Shown one piece after another: positions 19,281-38,300 of a DNA stretch of 64,000 nt. The stretch spans positions 62,001 to 126,000 of the forward strand of contig NIVC01000108.1 in assembly GCA_002269645.1 (NCBI GenBank), in the 5' to 3' direction. The notes under the pieces were generated by a model. That model was not told where the DNA came from, made no database searches, and saw nothing but the letters and a program-made list of their open reading frames with translations. This stretch comes from Macrostomum lignano (taxonomy: Eukaryota). Both the position numbers and the translations under genes were made by a program. Position 1 is the stretch's first letter; every line of letters begins with the position of its first letter.

Positions 19281-19504
19281 TCACAGGCGATTATCGTCCG
19301 GCATTTCGTGAATTCCCCGCTTGCTGGCCCTGGTCGGGAGTCTCGAACATCCATCGGACACGGCGAAAGCTGTGGGTGCGCCGGAGGACGCTGTGAACTT
19401 GCCATTTAGAATTCTATTCAGTTTATCAGCTTTGTGAGCTCACCCACGAGCAGCAGGACCAGCGCGATGACAGCAAGGAGGCCTCGCCAGTGCTGAGCAG
19501 CCAT
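19281..19504 (-). CDS. Small secreted peptide precursor (49-56 aa); exons 19504-19444 and 19390 (or 19369)-19281
   Basis: MAAQHWRGLLAVIALVLLLV|A(SSGAPTA)FAVSDGCSRLPTRASKRGIHEMPDDNRL*. TATAAG at 19563-19558, phase-1 GTGAGC donor, AATAAA about 40 nt after the stop. Confidence 0.7.
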
Positions 19505-19689
19505 GGGTCTGCGGCTTTGGAGAGATTGAAGTTGGCAAGTTAACCCAGTTCGAACTGCTTATAACCCTGCTAATCATGGCATTCTGCCGCCTGCATCGGG
19601 TCTGTGATGGAATTCCCATGGGCTCTCCTGGCCATAGACAGTTCGCTCACTTCCTTCTCAGAGTTCTCAGGATTTGTGTTCGATTATGT

Positions 19690-21378
19690 CATTAACCAGT
19701 CAGTGATGATGTCATTAACCAGTCAGTGATGATATCAGTGACCAGTCAGTGATGATGTCAGTGACCAGTCAGTGATGATGTCATTAACCAGTCAGTGATG
19801 ATGTCATTAACCAGTCAGTGATGATGTCAGTGACCAGTCAGTGATGATGTCAGTGACCAGTCAGTGATGATGTCAGTGACCAGTCAGTGATGATATCAGT
19901 GACCAGTCAGTGATGGTATCAGTGACCAGTCAGTGATGATGTCAGTGACCAGTCAGTGATGATGTCAATGACCAGTCAGTGATGATGTCAGTGACCAGTC
20001 AGTGATGATATCAGTGACCAGTCAGTGATGGTATCAGTGACCAGTCAGTGATGATGTCAGTGACCAGTCAGTGATGATGTCAGTGACGATGTCAGTGACC
20101 AGTCAGTGATGATGTCAGTGACCAGTCAGTGATGATATCAGTGACCAGTCAGTGATGATGTCAGTGACCAGTCAGTGATGATGTCAGTGACCAGTCAATG
20201 ATGATGTCAGTGACCAGTCAGTGATGATGTCAGTGACCAGTCAGTGATGATGTCAGTGACCAGTCAGTGATGATGTCAGTGACCAGTCAGTGATGATGTC
20301 AGTGATGATGTCAGTGACCAGTCAGTGATGATGTCAGTGACCAGTCAGTGATGATGTCAGTGATGATGTCAGTGACCAGTCAGTGATGATGTCAGTGACG
20401 ATGTCAGTGACCAGTCAGTGATGATGTCAGTGACCAGTCAGTGATGATATCAGTGACCAGTCAGTGATGATGTCAGTGACCAGTCAGTGATGATATCAGT
20501 GACCAGTCAGTGATGATGTCAGTGACCAGTCAGTGATGATATCAGTGACCAGTCAGTGATGATGTCAGTGACCAGTCAGTGATGATGTCAGTGACCAGTC
20601 AGTGATGATGTCAGTGATGATGTCAGTGACCAGTCAGTGATGATGTCAGTGACCAGTCAGTGATGATGTCAGTGATGATGTCAGTGACCAGTCAGTGATG
20701 ATGTCAGTGACCAGTCAGTGATGATGTCAGTGATGATGTCAGTGACCAGTCAGTGATGATGTCAGTGACCAGTCAGTGATGATGTCAGTGATGATGTCAG
20801 TGACCAGTCAGTGATGATGTCAGTGACCAGTCAGTGATGATGTCAGTGACCAGTCAGTGAGGATGTCAGTGATGATGTCAGTGACCAGTCAGTGATGATG
20901 TCAGTGACCAGTCAGTGATGATGTCAGTGATGATGTCAGTGACCAGTCAGTGATGATGTCAGTGACCAGTCAGTGATGATGTCAGTGACCAGTCAGTGAT
21001 GATGTCAGTGACCAGTCAGTGATGATGTCAGTGACCAGTCAGTGATGATGTCAGTGACCAGTCAGTGATGATGTCAGAGACCAGTCAGTGATGATGTCAG
21101 AGACCAGTCAGTGATGATGTCAGTGACCAGTCAGTGATGATGTCAGTGACCAGTCAGTGATGATGTCAGAGACCAGTCAGTGATGATGTCAGTGACCAGT
21201 CAGTGATGATGTCAGTGACCAGTCAGTGATGATGTCAGTGACCAGTCAGTGATGATGTCAGTGACCAGTCAGTGATGATGTCAGTGACCAGTCAGTGATG
21301 ATGTCAGTGACCAGTCAGTGATGATGTCAGTGACCAGTCAGTGATGATGTCAGTGACCAGTCAGTGATGATGTCAGAG
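19690..21378. repeat. 23-bp minisatellite (GTCAGTGACCAGTCAGTGATGAT)n
   Basis: Tandem copies with occasional 12-bp half units. Confidence 0.97.
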
Positions 21379-22214
21379 AGCAGTTCACTCTGTTTGTCTC
21401 TCGGGAGTTATCTGCAGCTGCTGTTTGCAGTCTCCAAGCGGCTTCAGCCATCATAAATAAAGTGCATCAAGAGTCCGGCCGAGCGCTGCTGTGTGGGGAG
21501 CACCCGACTGCAGGGTAAAATTGGGTAAAAAGTTATCTAAGAAAATCTTGCAGTCGGCAATCAGCCGCCCCCCCCCTGGCAATCTGGGCTGATTGAATTT
21601 CTGTAACAAGATTTGGCACCGCTGGATGATGAGGCAGGGGAGAGGGGAGCCAGCCGGACTCATTAGCTCGAGCTGCTGAGCTTTGAATATTCGTGAGCAG
21701 GGCGGGCCATCAAGGCTGAGCTGCATGGTCCCAGCTCAGGGAGTTGCAGCGAGAGACTTCCCCGTTGGAAATGAGTGGCAGTCTCAGCCAGTTCTCCCTA
21801 TTGGTCACAGGTGCCGGCGGGGGGGTCCGGCCCGCGGATTCGAACCGCGCACGGCCGATCGCAGGGGTTTCAGCTACTCGAATCGCTCAAGTGCGAGGCC
21901 CCCGAGAGGCAGGGCGGGCACTGAAGTGACAGGCAATCAGGGCGGGGATTCGGTCTTATCGGTGTCCCTGCAGACTGGCAGGGGGTTGCGGCCGGGAGAA
22001 ATTCGGAAGAAATTGAGGAGAGGCCAGGAAATTTCGGGAACAGGCGGGGCGTGGAGAGGCGAAACTCGATCCAGAGCGCGGGAGAAATATCCCAGCTAAG
22101 CCGGTGGGGAGCCGCAATTGTGGTGCACGGGAATGAGAAATTGAGACGCATTAAAGTGGAATCCGCCGGCTGAGCAGCTGCGGCTGGGAGATTGCCGCTG
22201 TTCTTGGCAACAAC

Positions 22215-22765
22215 ACAGCCTCCTGACCCTCATCATAGCCTCCCGATCCTCAGCCCAGTTTCCTGACCCTCATCATAGCCTCCCGATCCTCAGCCCAGCC
22301 TCCTGACCCTCATCATAGCCTCCCGATCCTCAGCCCAGTCTCCCGATCCTAAGCACAGCCTCCTGACCCTCATCATAGCCTCCCGATCCTCAGCCCAGTT
22401 TCCTGACCCTCATCATAGCCTCCCGATCCTCAGCCCAGCCTCCTAACCCTCATCATAGCCTCCCGATCCTCAGCCCAGCCTCCTGACCCTCATCAAAGCC
22501 TCCCGATCCTCAGCCCAGCCTCCTGACCCTCATCATAGCCTCCCGATCCTCAGCCCAGTCTCCCGATCCTAAGCACAGCCTCCTGACCCTCATCATAGCC
22601 TCCCGATCCTCAGCCCAGCCTCTTAAGCCACATCATAGCCTCCCGATCCTCAGCTCAGCCTCCTGATCCTCAGCTCAGTCTCCTGACCCTCAGCACAGCC
22701 TCCTGACCCTCAGCACAGCCTCCTGACCCTCAGCACAGCCTCCTGACCCTCAGCACAGCCTCCTG
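22215..22765. repeat. About 40-bp minisatellite (dimer of about 20 bp; GCCTCCTGACCCTCATCATAGCCTCCCGATCCTCAGCCCA)
   Basis: Tandem copies. Confidence 0.93.
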
Positions 22766-23591
22766 ATCATGTCTTTGCCTCCATCTACCCCTCTCTCGCT
22801 CTCCGATCTCTCCTTCTCTGTCCCCAATGCATCCCCCAGACTCTATCAGCTCCATCCTGTCCAGCTGCGGCTCTCCAGCTCCCTGAGTCAGCTTTTCTCG
22901 CCCACCGTGAGCTTCCGCATTGTCTCTCTGGCTTCCTCGTCTCCCTGCCCCACTCGCCACCCCGGACACAGAATCTGCAGTCGCCATCCAGAGCAGATTT
23001 GTCACACTGCATCACTCTGACCAGATCCCTCAATTCACCCCCTCACCCGATGAAGTCCCAGCCGAGAGCTCCCATAATTGAGGCTGCTCCGATCAATCTG
23101 TGTGGGATTTGGGAACCCTGGCCAGTCCCCACCCGGACTCGAGCCGTGGATGCTGAATTCGCTCCATTCTAAACAGCAAGATCTGCTGTTGGTCTGTTTG
23201 CCTGCATCTTGAGCAGTGTAGCAAAAGCATGAAACTTCAGCATTGAAATTCTGTGTGCCAGTTTAATACAGAATATAGTCAGATTGTCAGATTTAGTTTT
23301 ATAGATTTGTCCCACTTGCAAGCACTCGGCACTGGTTGTCAAGCACACAGCTGCGTGAGTCACTAGTGAGCCACCGGAGGGTCAAGTGGGAAAAGGCGGA
23401 GTCGCTCCTCCCACAGCCCACCGCCCCGGGGCCGCATTATTTGGCTGTCATGCAATTCGCGTTGGACTCTTAGACTCCTGTGACTGCAAAACTGTTCTCC
23501 AGCGGCAGGGAGAGCTGTGGCCTCAGCAGATCCACCCAGGCCAACTCAGCTGTTGGATAGTCTTGAATTGTGTGGATGCTCGGTGATGTGG

Positions 23592-24752
<1,161 letters not shown>

Positions 24753-25087
24753 TTCAGGCACAGCCAGTTTGATGGTATCAGCTCTTACGCAGCTGGCACG
24801 CTATCATTTTCCCGATTTCAGAATCCCATTTCACTGTCGGCTGTTCATTGCCCCCCGCTCAGCGAGTCCTGATGCCCGGGGATTAGGGGTCCGGACAGCC
24901 AATCGGAGGGGACCAGGCCGACCCCCCGCCGAGCAGCTTCAGATTATCTAAGCAGCTTCCAATCCGGCCAGCCGGGAGATGCCGACAGCTCCCTGACAGA
25001 TCCCAGCACCAAAATCCCATCTTTTCTAACGCTAATTTATCATCGCCGAGGCTGAGAGTGCAGTCCGGAAGATCGAAATCTGCCACC

Positions 25088-25402
25088 ATGGCCGCCGCAG
25101 CCAGGGATTTGAGCGGCTATGCGATTCTACTGGCGCAGGACTTGAGCACAGACCGTTGCCGTCTCCTGGGTGAGTCTTCTCAGCTCACTTGTGCTGCCTC
25201 GCGTTATGCCAGCTAGCGTTTCTTCTGTCTAGTAACGATTTGTTATAACATTATAAATGTTGCACTGAATTCTCCTATCACAGGCCTCAGCTGCGACTAT
25301 ACCGAAGATTGCTTCGATGAAGTATTTGCGATCAACGACATCCCCCTGTCTGACATTGTCGGGTGCTCCGACGATGACGAGCGAATGTTTCTGATTGAAA
25401 TG
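25088..25402 (+). CDS. Probable 5' exons of PALS1/stardust (25088-25169, 25284-25402)
   Basis: Perfect GCCACCATGG start, GTGAGT and GTGAGA donors, CACAG acceptor. Reads MAAAARDLSGYAILL..FDEVFAINDIPL..FLIEM and ends in phase 0, compatible with the acceptor at 28079. The linkage is inferred. Confidence 0.55.
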
Positions 25403-27654
25403 GTGAGACACACTGTGTGGCATCATCATTTGATTGTTTTTCGATAACAGTTTTCGGAATTACTATAGCTTCATGTATAGCTCGTATTTATTTTTAATTT
25501 TCATGTTCATTTAAACGAGTAACGATAGTTTAATAAAAAAATAACGAGTAGCTTTCACTCTATATCATTTTGATGGGCAAAACCAGCAGAGCTTATTTTT
25601 AAGTCTACAATAACAAACAGCTACTTTTATAAGACAAAAAAGCGCATTTTTTGTAAAAGAATAAATTACAAAATGTAAAAAACCACGAATTTAATAAAGT
25701 TTGTTAAGCTACAATATTTAGAACATTTAAAAATTAGAACCGACTAAGAAATCGGAAGTTTCGGCCTCTTCTAAAGCACGTTTTTTGAGTTTAATGGTTT
25801 TATAAAACAATAATTTTCGTTTCAATTCGACGCAAAGTATGCTTTGCAGGTAAGCTTTTTAAATATCAAGTTTTTTCTTCAAAAAATGACTACCACATTC
25901 AAACTAACTGTAGTATACTGCCACAGTCGAATAGTTATTTCTATAAATTCCAACTAAATTCAAATTATTTCAATTGGAATTGGCTGCAAAATTGGTCTAG
26001 TTTTAAAACCATGTTATCATAAAGCTTAAGACAGTTTTTTGATTCAGTAGATTTGTTGAATTTCCTGTTTTGATTTCACAGTTAGGTAAAAAATAGATTT
26101 TAAAATGTTAAAAATATCTAGGCTACTTATTATTTTTTAATTAAGCTAATAACAGGCAAATGTTCAGGCATGGCATGGGATAGGTCAAAATGGAATTTGT
26201 AGGCCATATTTTCTTCTATAGTTTTAATTTGTAAATTAAGAGATTAAATTAAATTAATTTTAAGAGTCCTTTTATAATATATTATGTCTTAAATTATCTA
26301 TTGATTAATAAAATATATAGACTGTAGCTTGGGCTTTAAATTCATAAATTTCTCAATATATAAAATTATTTAGTTATCAATTATCAAGCATTGTATATAA
26401 CTCACTAAAGTTTTGATACATTAAGTTCTAAACACTAAATTCTAAGGCCTTTTAGCTTATTACTAATAATATATATAGTCATTTTATTTAGTCAAGCCTA
26501 TATAACTATGTAACTTTTAGCTAGTAGCAGTTTCTTTGAGTTCAAATGCAAGTTTTATTGAAAAATATAAACTCAAGAATTTTTTAATTTTTCTACTCAG
26601 TAAGAATGCTCCATCTGCTCTACTATATAAGTAGTAACAGCGAATATGATCTATAGTGCTCAAATATTTACTTAGAAAAAAATAGCTATGTCAAGAATGC
26701 AATTTATCCCAAGCCTGGCTCATTGCTGGCAGCAGGCTTTTAATGTCAGCTGCGAAATAAGGCCTGTCAATTCACTGTAAAGGGTCGGTAACTCAGAGTA
26801 ACGAATTTCTATGAGATACATGTGTTTCACCGCTTAGGAACTCGCCAATCTTCGCTACAGAGTCAGGTCGGGGCCCGATAGCCCCCCCCCCATCTCGCAT
26901 TCGCCGTATCGCCTCGGCTCCGCCCGCAGACCCGCCCTTTTTCGGGGCTTTGCAGAATACTCGAATGCCGCGTGTAGCCACCCCCTGCTTCACCTACTCT
27001 CTTTCGAGCTTGAAACGCGGTCAAAGGCTCGATTAAAGCTCTAAAGCTTTGTAGGGAGTTGAGGTGGCGAAGGCCGGCTCGGCTCGACACGGTGCCTGAG
27101 TGAAGTTTCCGCCCGAGCGAGAAGAGAATTCGAAGTGGCCTCGGCCAGCAGGGCCGACCTGCCTGCCCCCCCCCTGCCCGCCACCCCCGCCGCGAGTGCG
27201 CGAGGGGCAGCCGCAGCTCCGCCAACCCGCCTCTTCTTTTTACTTTCTTTACCCCCCCCTTCTGCCGATTTTGCAGCCCACCTGCGGTCTGCGCTGGCGC
27301 AACCTCCCTCCCTCCCGCTCACTCCCGCATGCCTGCTTGGGCTATAAGAGTCTCCGGAATAAAGCGACTTCGCCATTGCTGCATGCCGTGCAAAACTACA
27401 GAGTGTGCCTGTGTGCTCTCCAATGTTCTCGATAGAGCCAGTGACCAAGGCGGCTTATCTCTTTGCCTAAATCTCGGCGAATCTCACTATATTTTTATTG
27501 TAGCCTATTCTAGAAACTTGCGTAAGTTTGCCCCATACTCGTTGTTCAGATCGCTGAGCGCTATGGGAGCCCGATTAATTTCCCGTTGAGCATTCTCCCC
27601 CCCGCCATGAATATCTCCTAACGAGAGCTGATAAGCAGCTAGTTGCAGCTGGCT

Positions 27655-28025
27655 TCCAGTAGCCCCCTCTGTAGCTGGCGCCCCTTCTGTAGCTGGCGCC
27701 CCCTCTGTAGCTGGCGCCCCTTCTGCTAGCTGGCGCCCCTTCTGCTAGCTGGCGCCCCCTCTGTAGCTGGCGCCCTTCTGCTAGCTGGCGCCCCTTCTGC
27801 TAGCTGGCGCCCCTTCCTTCTGCTAGCTGGCGCCCCTTCTGTAGCTGGCGCCCCCTCTGTAGTTGGCGCCCCCTCTGTAGCTGGCGCCCCTTCTGCTAGC
27901 TGGCGCCCCTTCTGCTAGCTGGCGCCTCTTCTGCTAGCTGGCGCCTCTTCTGCTAGCTGGCGCCTCTTCTGCTAGCTGGCGCCTCTTCTGCTAGCTGGCG
28001 CCCCCTCTGTAGCTGGCGCCCCCTT
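27655..28025. repeat. 19-21-bp minisatellite (TAGCTGGCGCCCCTTCTGC)n
   Basis: Tandem copies upstream of the large PALS1 exon. Confidence 0.95.
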
Positions 28026-28079
28026 TGGATCCGCAGGCCCAATACATTCGGATCCGCATTCCAACTTGCCGCCCCGCAG

Positions 28080-32206
<4,127 letters not shown>

Positions 32207-32334
32207 ACTCCGCGTGCTGGCGTGAAGGCCGGGGTTCGAGACTTAGGATTCGCAATTTTTTACATTGGGGTGGGTTGGGATCAGGATTTTAAACACTGGG
32301 ATTTAAGGTCTCATATATTGGGGATCTGGGAAGT

Positions 32335-32735
32335 CAGATATTGGGAATGTAGGATATCAGATATTGAGGATCTGGGATGTCAGATATTGGGGATCTGGGA
32401 TGTCAGGTATTGGGGAGCTGGGATGTCAGGTATTGGGGATCTGGGATGTCAGGTATTGGGGATCTGGGATGTCAGGTATTGGGGATCTGGGATGTCAGAT
32501 ATTGGGGATCTGGGATGTCAGTTATTGGGGATCTGGGATGTCAGGTATTGGGGATCTGGGATGTCAGTTATTGGGGACCTGGGATGTCAGGTATTGGGGA
32601 TCTGGGATGTCAGTTATTGGGGATCTGGGATGTCAGTTATTGGGGATCTGGGATGTCAGTTATTGGGGACCTGGGATGTCAGGTATTGGGGATCTGGGAT
32701 GTCAGTTATTGGGGATCTGGGATGTCAGGTATTTG
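32335..32735. repeat. 23-bp minisatellite (TATTGGGGATCTGGGATGTCAGK)n
   Basis: Downstream of the PALS1 stop. Confidence 0.95.
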
Positions 32736-33594
32736 AAATCCAAGATGTCAGATTTTGAGCTCAGAGTTTTTTACTTGCTAAAAATATTTTTGAATTCGAT
32801 GTTCGGAATCTTCAATACATTCTAATCGGCTCTTGGACCAGCAGTCGCGATGAAGCCATCGCCCAGACTCTCACCTTGCATGTCCGCCACTCCCACCGAG
32901 CTCTCGGTCTGCCTGCTCTGCTCCAGCCGTTGGCTGGCCACTCCGCCATTGAATCACTCAGCCGTTTTTGTCACCTGTTCCACCTGATGCTCGCTTCCTT
33001 ATTTTGCTAATCCCGGCTCATTAGTGAATTAGCCGCGTTGCTTCCCATTGTTGTTGTTATAATTTTATTGCCTCTGTGATTCCTTTATACCCGCCTCTAT
33101 GCGCACTTGAGTCAGCCCCCGCCACCCCCGTGTAGCTCTGAACTGAATTCAATGCACTGCGCCCCCTGCGGAGAGATTTTTATACTTACTGATGATTCCG
33201 ATTGATCCGCTGCGACTTGCTGATTCTGTGAGTTCTATGAAATACACCGACTGTAATTAGTCCTCCGCCTCACAAGCCGGCCAGCTTTGCCTTCACGAAA
33301 CCGCCTGGTGCTGCTTGCGGATTCAAATTTGTGCGCTTCAGACTGACTGACTGCTCATCACTTGAGGGCTTGCTTGTGCTGCGGGCCTGGGGGCCTCCTG
33401 GCCAGCGGTGGGGAACAGCCTGGGAATGGAACCGTCTGCCACCCTGGTTCCCACCAATGCCCTAAAGTGCTGACCAAGGCCCAAACCCTGACAGGGAAAG
33501 GGCAGCAAAACGGGGACGAGGGGGGAGGGGGGGTTGGGGCCACGCTAACAAGACTGGGCCAAGGCCCGAACCCTGGCTATGGGAGAAAAACTGG

Positions 33595-34485
33595 AGGAGG
33601 GGTTGGGGCCAACCCCACACCCTAGCAGGGGCTCGAAAGCGGAGGAGGGGTTGGGGCCAACCCCACACCCTGGCAGGGGCAGGAAAACGGGGGTTGGAGC
33701 CAACCCCACACCCTAGCAGGGGCAGGAAAACGGGGGTTGGGGCCAACCCCACACCCTGGCAGGGGCAGGAAAGGCGGGGGTTGGGGCCAACCCCACACCC
33801 TGGCAGGGGCAGGAAAGGCGGGGGTTGGAGCCAACCCCAAACCCTAGCAGGGGCACGAAAACGGGGGTTGGGGCCAACCCCACACCCTGGCAGGGGCAGG
33901 AAAGGCGGGGGTTGGGGCCAACCCCACACCCTGGCAGGGGCAGGAAAACGGGGTTGGGGCCAACCCCACACCCTAGCAGGGGCAGGAAAACGGGGGTTGG
34001 GGCCAACCCCACACCCTGGCAGGGGCAGGAAAGGCGGGGGTTGGGGCCAACCCCACACCCTAGCAGGGGCAGGAAAGGCGGGGGTTGGAGCCAACCCCAC
34101 ACCCTAGCAGGGGCAGGAAAACGGGGGTTGGGGCCAACCCCACACCCTGGCAGGGGCAGGAAAGCGGGTGTTGGGGCCAACCCCACACCCTGGCAGGGGC
34201 AGGAAAACGGTGGTTGGGGCCAACCCCACACCCTGGCAGGGGCAGGAAAGCGGTGGTTGGGGCCAACCCCACACCCTGGCAGGGGCAGGAAAACGGGGTT
34301 GGGGCCAACCCCACACCCTGGCAGGGGCTCGAAAGCGGGGGTTGGGGCCAACCCCACACCCTGGCAGGGGCAGGAAAACGGTGGTTGGGGCCAACCCCAC
34401 ACCCTGGCAGGGGCAGGAAAGCGGGGGTTGGGGCCAACCCCACACCCTGGCAGGGGCAGGAAAACGGGGGTTGGGGCCAACCCCA
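33595..34485. repeat. About 43-bp G/C-rich minisatellite containing the hairpin GGGTTGG-GG-CCAACCC
   Basis: Tandem copies. Confidence 0.95.
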
Positions 34486-35335
34486 CTGTTGTGGCCGCTG
34501 GCCAAATGAATAAAATCACTTCACTCGAGACGAAGGAGAGGAGAGGTAGCTCTCAGCTATAGTGAGCTAAGCCAATAAATATTATCTGACTGATACGAGC
34601 TAGATGTACATCGATGCGCGTACGTTACATAATAGCATTGAGGGGCCGCCGCCACCCTCCAAGATCCTCAGTTGCTAAGCTAACCTCACAGATCCTCAGT
34701 TGCTGGGCCAGCCTCCCAGATCCTCAGTTGCTAAGCCAACCTTCCAAGCCATACGCTTGTTCAAAGTTGACTTAAAATTTTATCAGAAGATAAAATAAAA
34801 ATTAAGTAATTGCCAGATTCACCAAATAGCCGTCGCTGCTTGTCAAGGTGTAAAAAGAGCTTCAGCAACACAACATCACTATAATGAAAGCGAAGACATT
34901 ACTAATAAAACTAAAAAAATGCAGCCATCCATGAGGCTGAGCTCAGCATCCATGAGGCTGCAGCACTCCGCCCAGCTCGGATTGGCAAGTGAGTACTCAG
35001 TGCGCACGAGCGAGCACAAAACCATCAAAAACAAATTTCGCTTTTTCCAACTCACCCCGCACTCAGGCCGGGGCGCTGACCGCGCTCAGGTGTTGCTAAA
35101 AATAGCAGCAGTTTGTCTCGGGCGAGAGACAGACGCGGTACTTTGCACTGCACACAGAGCTGCCTGCGCTCGCGAAGAAAGGGGGCGCGCTCAATCCTGA
35201 ATCTTAAATAGCAAGCCGTGTTTATACTTCGACTAAAGGCCGAAGTAGAGCAGAACTGCAGATAAACAAAACCCTGCGCCGAGTTCTCTGCTGCTTGCAG
35301 ATATTTTAGATTTGTAGAATTTTTGAGCAGCTGGG

Positions 35336-38300
35336 ATGAGCAGCTCGCGGCACGTGCTCTACACCAAAGACGACACCGAAGAGCTGGGTGAGGACAACGG
35401 CATCCCCCTGTCCAACCTGCAGTCCGACGACTGTCCGCTTACTGACGACTCCGATGTTGAGGAAGTCACTGTGACAAGGGAGCCGAATCAGAAGAGTCTG
35501 GTGAGTCAGATGCAGGGCGGGGAAGGAGGTGGAGATGCAGGGCAGGGAAGAAGTGGAGATGCAGGGCGGGGAAGAAGTGGAGATGCAGGGCGGGGAAGAA
35601 GTGGAGATGCAGGGCGGGGAAGAAGTGGAGATGCAGGGCGGGGAAGGAGGTGGAGATGCAGGGTGGGGAGGTGGGAGCAGCGCGGTGTGGCCGAGTTCAC
35701 CCTTCTCAGCTGTCCCGCGCCACCCTGCAGGGCTTCTCCGTGATATCCGAGGTCGGGGAGCTGAAGGTCGGCCGTGTCATCGTCGACAGTCCCTGCCACG
35801 ATCAGCTGAGAGTAGGCGATCGCTTGCTGGCTGTGAATGACCTCCAGGTTGCGGGGCTGAGTCCGGAGGAGCTCTTTTCTCGTCTGGTGAGTCACCAAGT
35901 TGGTGTAGAATTTTACCGTTTGAGAATGGGGATCAATGTACATTGCTAATCGGGGTGAATGTACATTTCTTATCGGGATGAATGTACATTGCTTATCAGG
36001 ATGAATGTACATTGCTTATCAGGATGAATGTACATTGCTTATAGGGGATGAATGTACATTGCTTATCAGGATGAATGTACATTGCTTATCAGGATGAATG
36101 TACATTGCTTATCAGGATGAATGTACATTTCTTATCGGGATGAATGTACATTGCTTATCAGGATGAATGTACATTTCTTATCGGGATGAATGTACATTGC
36201 TTATCAGGATGAATGTACATTGCTTATCGGGGATGAATGTAAATTGCTTATCGGGGATGAATGTACATTGCTTATCAGGATGAATGTACATTGCTTATCA
36301 GGATGAATGTACATTGCTTATCGGGGATGAATGTACATCGCTTACCGGGATGAATATACAATGCCTATCGGGATAGATGTACATTGCTTATTGAGACGAA
36401 TGTGTACTGTGCCGCCCCCCCCCCCCCCAAGAATCAGGAACAGGCACCTGAGCTGACTTTCAAAGTACGCCGGGCTTCCGTGAACGGAAACGCAGCCCCA
36501 AGCATCGAAGTTGAGCACCTGAGGGCTCCCTACGATTATGACGCCAGCAAGGACTGCCAGTGCCCGTGCAAGAGTGCCGGTCTGGCCTTCAAGCAAGGTG
36601 ACATCATCCGAGTTCTGAACAAGAGCGATCGCAACTGGTGGCAGGGCCGCGTCCTGCAAGCGGATGGGTCCATGGGCCCAGCTGGCATTTTCCCGGCGCC
36701 CAAGTTTCAGAGAAAGCACTTGTGAGTGACGTGTTCCAGAATCAGCTGCAGATAGATCACTCACCTACCCTCAGCTGCAGATAGATCACTCACCTACCTG
36801 CCCTCAGCTGCAGATAGATCACTCACCTACCCTCAGCTGCAGATAGATCACTCACCTACCTACCCTCAGCTGCAGATAGATCACTCACCTACCCTCAGCT
36901 GCAGATAGATCACTCACCTACCTACCCTCAGCTGCAGATAGATCACTCACCTATCCTCAGCTGCAGATAGATCACTCACCTATCCTCAGCTGCAGATAGA
37001 TCACTCACCTACCTGCCCTCAGCCGCAGATAGATCACTCACCTACCCTCAGCTGCAGATAGATCACTCACCTACCCTCAGCTGCAGATAGATCACTCACC
37101 TACCCTCAGCTGCAGATAGATCACTCACCTACCCTCAGCTGCAGATAGATCACTCACCTACCCTCAGCTGCAGATAGATCTCTCACCTACCCTCAGCTGC
37201 AGATAGATCACTCCCCTACCCTCAGCTGCAGATAGATCACTCACCTATCTGCCCTCAGCTGCAGATAGATCACTCACCTACCTACCCTCAGCTGCAGATA
37301 GATCACTCACCTACCTGCCCTCAGCTGCAGATAGATCACTCACCTACCTGCCCTCAGCTGCAGATAGATCACTCACCTATCTACCCTCAGCTGCAGATAG
37401 ATCACTCACCTATCTACCCTCAGCTGCAGATAGATCACTCACCTACCTACCCTCAGCTGCAGATAGATCACTCACCTACCTACCCTCAGCTGCAGATAGA
37501 TCACTCACCTACCTACCCTCAGCTGCAGATAGATCACTCACCTACCTACCCTCAGCTGCAGATAGATCTCTCACCTACCCTCAGCTGCAGATAGATCACT
37601 CACCTACCCTCAGCTGCAGATAGATCACTCACCTACCCTCAGCTGCAGATAGATCACTCACCTACCCTCAGCTGCAGATAGATCACTCACCTGCCCTCAG
37701 CTGCAGATAGATCACTCACCTACCTGCCCTCAGCTGCAGATAGATCACTCACCTACCCTCAGCTGCAGATAGATCACTCACCTACCTACCCTCAGCTGCA
37801 GATAGATCACTCACCTACCCTCAGCTGCAGATAGATCACTCACCTACCTGCCCTCAGCTGCAGATAGATCACTCACCTACCCTCAGCTGCAGATAGATCA
37901 CTCACCTACCCTCAGCTGCAGATAGATCTCTCTCCCGCCCGCAGAAAATCGGACATGGCCGTGGATTTCGAGTCGGTGACCTTGCAAGACTCCGGGCACC
38001 GCCCGAATCTCCTCATCCTGGTGGGCCCCCCGCGCGGCGGTCGGCATGAGCTGCAGGCCGCCCTCTGTCAGAAGCGCCCGGACCTCTTCGCTCTCCCAGA
38101 GTGCCACACAAGCCGCCTGCGCAGACCAGAGGAGGCTGAGGCGGCTGGCTTCTGCTTCATCAGCAAAAAGGAGTTCAAAAGGTTTCGTAAGGCTGGCGAG
38201 TTTGTGGAGCAATGGAAAGCCGAGGACGGCAGCTGCGGCATCCACATCGAGAGCGTCAAGAGGGTGATGGACAGCGGCCGAGTCTGCGTGCTGGCGCTGC

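Noticed and set aside
21826-21905. tRNA gene on the minus strand
   Set aside because: Only the T-arm folds; the acceptor and anticodon stems do not pair. Kept only as a low-interest finding.
26776-27650. Solo LTR (TG start, TATAAG at 27343, AATAAA at 27358)
   Set aside because: No matching CA end with a target-site duplication and no second copy; it may just be an alternative promoter region.
32770-32960. Small spliced minus-strand ORF (MAEWPANG..)
   Set aside because: Frame is ambiguous, with no recognisable motif.
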